From NCBI GenBank assembly GCA_047495785.1, contig JBLDXI010000015.1, forward strand, positions 1,240,001 to 1,304,000: 64,000 nucleotides of DNA, written 5' to 3'. Source of the DNA: Lepidodermella squamata. Lineage: Eukaryota > Animalia > Gastrotricha. A program made the translations under genes and the position numbers. Position 1 is the stretch's first letter. Each line of letters opens with the position of its first letter. Below the pieces are notes generated by a model. It ran no database searches. It was not told the DNA's origin and saw only the letters and a program-made list of their open reading frames with translations. Positions 39,301-51,300 of the stretch are shown one piece after another.

Positions 39301-42300
39301 ACATCGCCGGTGATCGAGACAGGCATTCAGGCCCTCGAGAACGGGTTGACTCGCCAGATTCAACTCATCAACCAGCACCCAATCGCCGTTTTTGAAAGCG
39401 CGCAATAGCGGCCCGTCGACCCAGGCGAAGCCGCCGTTTTGCTGCGGGAGGTGCGCGCCGAATAGATCGGCTAAATCTGTTTGCTCTGACAAATTAATTC
39501 GCACCAATTTGTGGCCAGTAACCGCGGCCAGCGATGCGACGAGTGATGTTTTGCCCACGCCAGGCGGGCCTTCGAGTAGAATTGGCCGGCAGAACGCGGC
39601 GCCTGTTTTCCGGTCATAGTCACACGTTAGACCGCGGAGGAGCCGGAATAAATTCTGCCGAGTTGTCGGCGATTCAAAACAGTAATCAGCAGAAACAACA
39701 GCGCCTGTATAACAAACACACAATGAAAACAGCGACTTGTATTTCCGTTCATTGTTTTTATTGCTTTCTGTTATGACCCGATTGTGACGTCACTCATTGC
39801 TTTTTATTGCTAATGAAAACCAGTGCGTCGCGAAATGAGCGGCACAATAAGCAAAAACGCATGTAATAAAAAAATGTGTGTGCGGTCCGCGGTTTGCTGT
39901 TTTCAATCGCGCGCAACTTGACCTGAGCAATTTTTAAGGCAGACTTTTCACTTTTACTCGTCGTCGCCGCCGATGTCAATCAACTAACCCACACCGGCTA
40001 ATTTTAATTAATCGTATTAAGTCAAATTTTCCACGCCATGTGCACTAGTCAGTTGTTAATAAAATGAAGTCAAGTAGCCAGATTTAGGTCGTCCACAGAT
40101 AGACACACACACACACACACAGAAGTGGGCGCGTGCTCTTGAAAAGCACACAACCTGTTACACGCGCGCGTTACAGCGCCACTTTTTCATCACGAGTGGA
40201 GCAGCTTTGGCGCAGCATCTCCCGCGGCTATTGTCCGGCCGCGGTCGCCAACGCCTTTAAAAGCGCCCGAATTTTGATCCAAACGTATCACTCATCACCT
40301 TCTCATTCTATTTCCTCATCTAACAAAGCAACAACAACAAAAGCAATTTAGCTCGCTCATTCGCTCTCACCTGCTTCGATACAATGCAATTAGGGCGCTC
40401 AGTTGCCTCGAGTCTATTTGTGGAGCCTGTCTAGCAATTGTTTTATTGAAAAATTGCGAGTGTCTCAGGTTGCACAATAGTACTCAGGGCGACGGGGCAT
40501 CGCCCGGTAACAATTTCAATTTTTAATAGTTGTTTTTTCTCAGAATTTTTACAGCCCTCCGAACCCGATATCGCATTTGTGCCGGTGTTCCCAGTTAATC
40601 AACTGGCACAATCCGATGTCAGGGGATGGCGGTCTGATTATTCTTAATTTGTCTTATTTTTTTCAATTTTTAATTCACCTTTTACGGTTCCCGACATCTT
40701 TTTGTGAGCAGTGTTCGGTATTAAAAACCGGGTCGCACTGGCACAAACCGATGTCAGGGGATCGTAGGGTGTTCAATCAATTTTTTCAACAAATTTTTTA
40801 CTATATTTTGTAAGCGCTTTTCTGGCGCCTAGTTTGGACTTGGGATTGCTGTCTTGCCTTGAAAAAGCATGTCATCAGCTATCACAGTCCAGACAAGGTG
40901 ACGGCATCGCTTTAACAATTTTCCGATTTTTTTCCAGGTATTTTAAAATCTGTCCAGCCGTTCCCTTGTTCTGGTGGTGCAGCCTGTTGTAAAATCTAGG
41001 TTGCACAACAGAACTCAGGGCGACGGCTCGTACAGCCAAATAAATTAATTTACTCACCTTGTTTTTTCTCAATGTAAAACGGGAAAACACCGAATTGTTC
41101 TGAATTTCCGCTTTCATTTGTTTTACAGTCGCATTGTAGGTTCAAATCGTTGTCGATCAGCCGGCCAATTTCGAGTTCTGCCTGTTTCTGAAGACCAACT
41201 GGCAGCCCGTCACCGATCGCTTTCATCGCGCCGTGTTGCAGAACGTGACCGAGGCAAATTCGACCCGATTGCACATGGTTTGACAGCACGAAATTCGCCC
41301 ACGATAGCAAGTCTCGAACTGTTGGTAATTTTCGGTAGTTTTGCTTGAATGTCGATAACCATTTAGCCATGCATGTTGCAACCTTGTTAGCTTCAATTTT
41401 CCTGTCAATGATACATTTTAATTTCAGCTAAACAGCGTTACAAAAGTGCATCTTAGACGCTTCCCGACGTCATTTTGTGGACAGTGTTCATTACTCAAAA
41501 TGAAACCCACTGGCACAAATTGATGTCAGGGGATAGTCGGATGACGATTGTTTTATTTTGAATGTAATTTTTCTTTTTTCATTTTCAGGATTCGCTAAAA
41601 TTTCTGAATTTCCCGATTCAGAAGAGTAGCCAATAGTTGTTCCGCATCAAATTCGTCAAAAACTACCTGCACAACTCAAATTCTGAATTTTTTACATTAA
41701 AAATTACGATAAAATTTTTCCATTCAATTCCATTCAATAATTATTTTAATTTTAAATGTTAGAAAGGTTAGAAAGAAGGATATCATTAAGGCTATGATCC
41801 TTTACTGCGAATGTTTCATTGCGAATGATATGGTCCAGAATATCGTTTAACATGAACTTAATTTAGAGAGAACCGATAGTATTGCCGGTCGTGCGAAGTT
41901 GTGTTTCCGTCGCTTTCGAATTACAATATTATTCACGTCCTTCAAGCTACTTAAAAATGATCCTAATCCTAATAACTGGCCAAACCAACCTTCGATCAAC
42001 TTTCGATTCGATCAGAAAAATCGGAAAAGAACACTTTCCTACCAAATTTCGATTTACCTTCCCACTCGGTAACGGAAAGTTTTTCTGTCGAGCTGTGTTA
42101 AAAGTTTCAAATATCCGGCTAATCGACTCAGGATTGAAATTAACCATAGAATCATAAGTTCATACATTTGTGGGAATTGGTAGAAAAAAACTGGCTTCAA
42201 TGACTCCATCGATTATATTTGGGGTTTTAGTCATTCATAATTGCTTTGTAAAGCTGCATCCAAGGGTAGCGAATTATTATCACAATCAAAATGTCATGTC

Positions 42301-45300
42301 GTGATTGCGCTAAATTACAGTCGGACAGGTGTGGATTCAAACGCCAACCTCATTCGATTTTGCTCTTCTTTCTATGATTTTCCGGTCTGATTTTTAAGAT
42401 TCTGCTGAGTTTACTTCTGTTTCTCGCTTACGACGAATTTACGTGTAGTTGGATTTTCGGATTTCCGGAGCTTTTATCAGCAGAATGTATCATTTTTACG
42501 GCTGCTGTATTTAAAAAAAATCCAAACAAATAAAAACCTACATCGTTTCAGATTTCTGTAGCGTAAATTCCGCAATTGCCACCAGCTCGTCAAAATCCTC
42601 AATAGCCGGGCAGAAAATCTCCGTAAAACGATTGCGCAGCGCAGGTGATAATTCGCGCTTCCCGAAATCACCACCCGGGTTCATCGTCGCAATAATGCGA
42701 AATTCCGGCCGCGCATGAACAACGCAAACCTCTTCGGAAATGACCTTTTTCAACGACGTTTTAGCCGCGGCTTTCTCCGGAATTAACAGCGATTTATCAT
42801 CGGCATCCAACACCGAGTTCAAGCGCTCTAGCACCGAATCATCGGCGAGCGAAATTTCGTCGACGAGAAACGCCGAGCCGGCTAGCATGGCCCGCGTTAA
42901 CGGGCCGTCCTGCCATTGAAATAACATTTTCGACGCATTTTGCTCGTCGCTGTCATCCGAGTCCGAGGTGTTTGGCCGTAGCGATCCGATAAAATCGCCG
43001 GCTTCTGTATGCAAATGGCAATTTAGGGTGACTAAATCCTGGTCGTTGTTCGATTTTGCAATCAGTTGGCACAGCGTGGTTTTGCCACATCCCGTATCAC
43101 CGACCAGTAGAACAGGCTCGCCGAAGTGGAATGAACTGGTTAGTAAGACAGCCATTCGGCGCATTGATCGCGTGAAGACCAGGTGGTCGAATTCGTGACT
43201 GATTTTAGCGGTTTCGACCAATTTGTCGATAAGACCGCGAACTGTTGGCGAAGTTTCGGACGATTCAAAAGAGAACAGACGCTTTTCCGGATCCAATCTA
43301 TAATGAGAATACAATATACATTTGACGATAGAATTTTTGATAAATTTGAAAGTTTAATAATTTTTGAAGGATGGTACAGATTGAATTTCTAAATTTTAGA
43401 TTATATTCCTTTTCTTTAGAATTTAATCACTGCTATCCGCAATCAAGTGAATTTACTTGGCCTTATCTAAATTCTTTGAAAATCGCCAATATTTTCAGGT
43501 CTGATTATAGATAAATAATTCAAAATTCCCGTGAAAAATTTAATGCCAAAATTTTGAAATTCTTTGAAATTTTAAGAAATTCACATGGACGATATAGAAT
43601 CAACTGAAACCAACAGCACCAAAATAAAAATATTTCCTCAAAAGATAATTCTTTAAATTGCCGTTTCATCACGACAAAATTCCGAATAACCGCAATAATC
43701 TGAGTAGTGTGGGGTTCGAAATGTTGGACACCTTAAATTTGGGGTTCCTAAATTGAATCTAAGGATCCAGTAGTAGATTTTCCCGAAATCAGGTTTTTCG
43801 AGTCCTAAAACCTAATTTTTTTTCATTATGACGAATCGAATTGAGGTTTTTACAACAAGTAGTTTAGGCCATGAAAGGCAAGCTTATGAGCGAGTTATTC
43901 TACAGCTAGCGGAGCCGATATCGATTTCAATCATTGATTTTATAAATCAGTCATTTTTCCTATACAACTCCGAATTTAAAAAAAAATATAAAATTGAAAA
44001 ATTCAAATGACTCGCCATAGATGACGTTATCAGGTAGCTAAAATAAAAAATCATGGCATCGGAGGGTATCGATATCGATCACGAATAAAGAAAAAAATGA
44101 AGAAAAGAAATCCCGAGATCGCAAAAAAATCAGAAAAATTCAGAAAAGTGTAGCGCCAGGACTTCGAAATTTAGGGCGGGAACTTCAAATTCAGTGATGC
44201 GAATATTTAGACCCATTTGAACATTCACAATTCAAATTTCAAAATTCATTTGATTTTAGATACGAAATTGAATCAACCGTTTACCGCCTAAACCCTGACG
44301 CATTTTTTCCATGCTTCCTTAACACTGAAAAAACTGTATGAATCCACCCCGATCAGGATACCCTAATTTTGATTTTGCTGCAGCTATAACCGTGGTAGTC
44401 ATTGAAATAACATTGATTGATAATGAAAGTACAGATCGTGGGCAATCATTCAATGATTTTTTGTCAGTTTTTAGCAGTCATATTTTTTTAATGACGTATA
44501 ACAGTAATCTTGAAGTATATTGAAGTATACGATGAAGTCCTAAAATTCCGGATTAGTTTCCACAAATTGAAGAATCAGTAGTTGGAAAATTCCAGTTTTG
44601 TATTAATTAGCTCACTTGCACTTGAAATGCTTTTCCAGCACTTCAACAACCGTTTTCTCGTCCTCCGCATTTCTCGCCTGCCCAGCCAACAGCAAATACC
44701 CGTGATCGGCCAAATGTTGATTCCAGTCGTACTTGGTCTTGCTGAAATCCCCACTCGACTCCGCGCTCGAGTACCGCCTCGCCCACCGGAACAGATCTCG
44801 CAGCGTCATGAAGCCCTGCCGACCCGCAAAAATACCCGACCGCCGGCGCCGAATCGCCAAATCGCGCATAACAGCCACGAGGCGTTTCGCATGAGACGGC
44901 GGCAATTTGCACCGTTTCGACACCAAAATTTCAAGCTCAGCGTCGTTCAACTCGCAGAAATGAAGTTCGATGAAGCGATTGCGAAACGCCCGAGACAGCG
45001 CCTTTCGGCCTGCATAGGCCCCGGGCGGGTTTTGCGTCGCAAAAATTCGAAACCGCTTGTGAGCTTTAACAACCTCCTGCGTTTCCGGTATCACAATTTC
45101 GCGATTATCGTCCAGAACGCGGTTCAAAGCCTCGAGAACTTCACCAGGGGCGAGGTTCAACTCGTCGAGAATCACCCAATAGCCGTGCCGCATAGCTGAG
45201 ACGAGAGGGCCGTCTCGGAAGACGAGTTGCCCCGTTTCAGGGTCGGCCGTGTAAGAGCCGACGTATTCGCTCAGGTCGGTGTGTTCGTGGTTGTTAAGGC

Positions 45301-48300
45301 GGATGCAGCGATTGCCGGACAGATCGGCGATGTATTGAACGGTCGACGTTTTGCCAACTGCCGTTTCGCCCTGCAGCAGCACCGGGTAATTGCTAAGAAG
45401 AAAAAATAAGATTTAGATATTTTCAAATCAAGTTTAGCTTAAATTTTTCAATTTTTTGTGTAATATTGAAAAATCTTCGTTTGCTTAATTAATGGCCGAA
45501 AATAAAAATTCAAATTGCGATTTTCAGCTATTTATAACCATCCACTCATTCTGTCACATTGTTTATTGGTTCTATTGGTTCGAGCTAATGAAGACGATAA
45601 ACTGCCGTCAAAATATAGCCGAAATTGTCAGGCAAAATCCACACGTGGTCACCACATCCTAACATGGACTCGTGGAAAAATTCAAGGTCATCTATATCTT
45701 GCAAGCTGATGCCTGGTGGGAGTGCCCTGAGGACCCCAAGTGTCAAAAGACCGGGTTTGTAGCCATGCGGGCAGCGCGAGTCCGTTACTATTACGGCCTA
45801 GCTGATGCGAAATTCGATGTCAAACGACTGCTGGAAGATCAACGGTCTCGCTATGATGAGTACTGGCCGACAGCGCGCAAGTAGCCGTTATGCAAACGAA
45901 AGTGGGCCTTATTACTTGGAAGATCATCCTCGTGCTGAGATTTTCAGCGCGATGGCAAAATCGGATTCGACATTGAATCGGCGCGCGCTCTTGTTATGCC
46001 GGTGGTTGACCGCTTTTTATAACCAATTTTTCAATGACTTTAAAATTTAAAATTATCATTCCATCACAGTGCCATGAAAAGATGGCCGACTTTGTCAGGC
46101 GAAATCCACACGTGGTCACTACATCGGTAGATGGACTCGTTGACATTCAGGACTCGTTGACTACACACTACACGATCAAGTATGAATAAATGGCTCAGAC
46201 TGACGCTTTATCACGATGGAGCTCCAACAACTAATCGGGCTGAATGAAAATGACGACAGACAACATTCGACACAAGTCCTCTCTAACGAGTAGGGAGTGG
46301 CGGAGAACTTGATTGTAATGAGCAGCAATAATTCCTGTCTGAAAAACAGTTGCGTCCGCAGAAAGAAGAGAATGGAGGTGGATTCTTCATTCCATGATAA
46401 CATCTTCTTCAAACCCGACTTGCTTAACATCTCGTGACTGGGAGAGGTTTTTCGAGGAGCTATTTGGATTTCGATTATATAGAGAAAGTCTTTTTCTTTT
46501 CATATTTAAAATCAATTCTTTCAATCAAGGTTGAAGGCAGTTTCAAGTATTAATAATTCAAGTAAATGCTGGAACGCGCTGCTCACTGATTTCTCGTGCG
46601 AGACAGGTTCTCAATAGCTCGACGCTGATCCGAGCGTGTCCTATCGGTGGCTACCAAATAGACACGATAGAGCTTCAACAGTTAATTGGGCTGAATGAAA
46701 ATGACAACAGACTAGCATTGTATCCTGAATTTGGTAGATATTCTGTCTGCACACGCATATCCTTAGCGAGATATTACCCCTGAGACTATTGTCAGATGCT
46801 TGATGGATTTTAGGTGTTTAGTATTTGACTTCCCGACCGTGTTGCTGAGTGATCAAGGTACACAACTTGACTCAGAGCTTGTTGAGAAACTCAGCATTTT
46901 TTTGGCATAAAGAAGCTCTTATTCCCTTTTCATCCACAGGGAAATGACCAAGTCGAGTGACTAGTGAGACTAAATTGTGATATGTTGGCGTCCGAGTTGA
47001 GCGACTCTTGCAACGTTTATCTTCCTCAAGTTATGCGTGCCTATTGCACTGCTCTTCACGAAAGCACAAGAGCCTCTCCTCATGAGGCAGTTTTTGGATA
47101 TCCGGGCAAGGCAGCCGGGTCCTTCTTGCATTCACCTCCTTCGGGTGTGCAGAAGATTGATTTGTTTGACCATGTTTCGATCACTAGAGAACAGCTTCAA
47201 AATGTGTACAGCTATCCAGCAAAATATCTGCAGAAAATCTGCCACCGCTGCCAAGGGTTGCTGCGAAAACGAGTTAGTGACGTTCCAAGCCGGTCATCTA
47301 CGCCAAGCTTTCGTTCGATCAAAGCTGATCAGCATCGACCCACACACCGACGAGACAAATAACTTGGTTGAGGATGCAAAGGCGCTCAAACGTCGTGTTA
47401 TCTTGGAGCTTTTCGCCTGGCAGTCATCGTCCACGAAACGCTTTAAGCAGCTCTTCCAGCAGCTCAAGTCTATTTTCCACGATTTCTTCTTCGGTTCCGG
47501 CGGCACAGATGATTTTGCGCCTCCGATCATCTGCGAGCAGTTGCGGCTCGAAGTCGACGGAGACATCTATCAAGTACTACGTCAGGTTCTGCGCTCAAAT
47601 CAGTCGTAGCTACACGATTCTTCAATTTTTGTTCAATTACTGTATTACTGAGTAAATTTCGATGATGTTAATGTCACGTTTTCAATTTTTCTCCTTTGTT
47701 AATGAAAACGACAGAAAGAAATCTAGGTCAGGACCTAACATCCCGATTTTTGCGAAAAATTGTTTTCTTATCTTGCGCCATGACATCGCGTGTCGTCTGG
47801 CTAAATTCCAATACTAATAATAGCATGCATATAATTGAAATAATCAAATTATTTTTTTGAGTTTTCCAGTTATTTTAATGGTAGTATAAGATAAATTTAG
47901 CCAGATTGCGAGTGTGAAAATAATGATAAATTAATTAAATTACCTCAAAGCAACCACACGAGACAGCATTTCGATATTTTTCGAAACAGTCGCAGTTTGG
48001 ATGAAATCGTCACGTTCTTTCGGCTCAACGCCACCCTTCGGCACCTTGAACTTCGTTTGATTTTTCAAAAACTCCTTATCGACAACAGCCTGACTGCCAT
48101 ACACCGCCAGCAACGCTTCTTTCGTCACCCAATTCAGCGAATCAGAACTCAATTGGGTCAAAAATGAAAGCAGCAGACATTCCGCGATTGATTTCAGATT
48201 ATTGCCAAGCGGGTCTTTCGCGGCTAGAGACAAAGCTCGGCACAGGGTTCGAATGCTGAAATGCGGAGTTCCTCCCGATCCATCAGTCAACTGGCCGTCC

Positions 48301-51300
48301 TTAGCCGCTTTCCGAACATTAAGGTAGAACTGGGCGAGTCGATTCACCAAATCCGGGCTGATTTGACCAGGGTTAGCTTGCGATAACGGGCTCAGATAAT
48401 CGCTGATCATCAGCCGGAGATCCGGCAGTTCAGACGGGTCGGGTACGAAAACTTCACTGAAACGAGCGCGAAGGCTCTCGGGCAGCGGTTTCTTACCGAC
48501 ATCAGTCGCCGGGTTCATACAGGCGAAAAGCCGGAAATCAGGGTGGACGGGTATCACGTCCAATGAGCCGCGTTCGAATAGCGTGAGACATTTCGCCTTC
48601 GCGCCTTCCATCAAACCGGCGAGGGAGTCTAGCGTCTCCTGGGGGGCTAGGTTGATTTCGTCGAGTAGCAGCCAGAAACCTTCTCGAACAGCCTTGACGA
48701 GCAGGCCCTCGACGAAGCTGAAGGGTAGGGAGCCACTGGCTGTTAGAGCTCGGTGTTTTTCGCATTGTTCAAGGAAGTCTTCGTGGAAAGTTTTCCAGGT
48801 CGCGGCGGTTTCGCTAGTCATTCGCGAACCTAAAAAATTGAAAATGCAGTTAGAATAATTGCCTAAAAATTACGTCTTACACGCCATGATATTTTAAAGC
48901 TTATCGACGTAATTATATTTATATGGCAGGGACCCCATATTTTTCGAATTTCTGAGCAATTTCTTTAGTGTTTTTATAAGATTTTCAGAGAATTTATCGA
49001 TCTCATCTGGATGGCCCTGAAGAACAGACTATCGCTGGAAACTGCCCACAAACTCGTTTACTTCAAATCGGGGCTATTGTTCGAAAAGCTTCCGAGTGTC
49101 CCATCACTTTAAAATCTTTCAAGTGTATGTGAGGAAGTCGGCATTCGTTGGAATGGTCCTGCAGTTCGGAAAGCCGATGGTCTGATCCGTCGACCACCGC
49201 TTCAAGGGTGGCCCGAAGAATTTGAAAAAGAGCAACGACGCGTTTGCGAGGTCGGATCGTAAGGAATTTCTGCTTCCCAGGCCGCATGATGATGATCGTG
49301 GATTCTTGGTCATGCTAAGGACTCGCTACCAACAGGAGTAATTCGGATCTTTTGATGGAAACCTTAATTTTAGGTTGTTCAAAAACAAAGACCTTCATGA
49401 AACGCTGCTTCTTGACGCTACTCAATGATATTTACATGGCAGGCACCCCTTCATTTCTTCGGCTCCTTAAAGTTAACTCCGAATTACTCCAGATCGGAGG
49501 AGCCAAATTCGAAAATTATTCCTCCTCAAAATTATACTCCAATGCGGTGGCAATTTTTAATAAATCAAATCAATTGGTGGTAACGGCCACACGCAATGTG
49601 GTGTCTAAAATTCGATCATAAATCGGTCGAAGGGTCGATTATTCAAGGAATGGCACAGGAAGTCTTGGAGCTTTCCGAAGTCAATCGGAGCCCGCTTCTC
49701 TGGCTTGCGATCGTGCTGGCTCAAGTCGAAGACGAAGCCAAGCTGGCACACCTACTTACCGACATCGCAGCTGTTTTCCGCCGGTGGAACCGAAGTCCGG
49801 GTGGCGAGCCCGATTTGCGTTGGTGCGACACGTGTGAAAATGACACTAACAACACGGAAAAATGCATCAAGCGTCGCCGGTTCGATCAAATCTCAAGCCG
49901 AGGCCGTGGTCGTCGCTTCTACTAGCGGTTCCTATGATCGTATACCAATTTAACTCTATGAGTGTGCTACAGTAATTGTGATTTTAATTAAAAATTATCG
50001 CAAATACGATTTGGCGGGGTGGGGAAGTATGTGAGGTTGGTCTGGTGTCAACGCAGCGTACTTTCTCAGAAAGTCGCACGCCACTATCACTCAGCAATTC
50101 TTCACGTGATTCTATTGTGATGTTTATTAAGGCGGGAATTCGGCCCCATATGAGCGCTTTGCAGAGTGGAAATAAATGAAATAGTGTTTCGGCTTAGTTG
50201 AGTGTTTATTATTCTTGGAGTTCCGTATAACTAGTTCGGTTCAGTCTGATAGCCGTTAACGAACCAGGTCACCCCTACGAAATCGAGCAGACTAGTGATG
50301 ACTGGGTTCGTGACTGTGGCCTTGACATCGGCGACCGTAGGTTCACGTTGACAACGGACGATATATTTATACCCTTGGTATCATAGAGAAAAGAGCAATC
50401 GGCTATTCGGCTAATCGGCATCTGGGCAACAGATCAAAGTTTTACTCGCTTGTCTCATCCCTCGAACACTGTTTGACGGTTTCTGGAAGATGACTACTTA
50501 TTGGATCTTCCCACCTAGATTGTTATCATGCCTGATGTTGGTGTTGGCCCCTCGGATTCGTCTCATTCCGCAGCCCTTCTCGGGTTATGGGCGGAATCGA
50601 TGCCTAATAAAGTGTCAAGTCAAACACTTCGTTTGCGGTCCGGACAATGCTGGAAGCGTGGTTTATGTTCAGGAAGGTAATTACTGAATATATCAGTAAG
50701 GTAATAAGGAATATATACCGCTCTTGATCCTCGACGGGGATTAAGCTCTTTGGACCTCTAGATTCGAAGAGTATCTCTATGGACCTACCTCTTCTACCTC
50801 GAGTTGCTCCGCCGTTTCCGCCGTCGGTTGGGTCGTAAGAGCCCGATATGCGTTTTGTGTTCAGCCGTGCCAACTGGCCGGGTTATGAAGAGGAATGCAG
50901 GGTTAAACTCCGGTCGGTTGCCTTCCCCCGTGAGGGCGACCCTGTTGTAGTTCTTGATCAGTTTGCCGATTCCCTGATTGAGGTGATGCTCCTTAGCGCG
51001 GCGGTAACCATTCCGCGCGCTCTGGTGGGCAAATTGCCTAGCTTGACCTATCAGAGCTATAGAGCGGCGGACGAGCTGTGGAAATCGAAATCGAAGAGAA
51101 AGGTCTATAGCATCTAAGGCTGCTGCTACACGGCAGGTGGCCCTTGAAGTTGGTAAGATCATTCAGAAGATCAGCGTGCAGCGTCTTACTACGGTCGAGG
51201 AACAGTTCAGGGCGAATCAATCAGCCATGGTCCGTGTTCCAGAGGTAGGATAATGGACCACTCGGACGAGAAAGCGCAAGAACCATCTGGTAACGGTGAG

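Noticed and set aside
40393-41543. CRISPR array or recombination-signal reading of the repeated CACAA motifs
   Set aside because: The context is eukaryotic, there are no cas genes, the repeats belong to three alternating families, and each is the 3' arm of its own hairpin.
45626-46152. TGTCAGG-starting direct repeats as paired LTRs of the Gypsy fragment
   Set aside because: Both copies lie on the same side of the integrase, similarity extends 5' of the TG, and there is no CA end, PBS or TSD.
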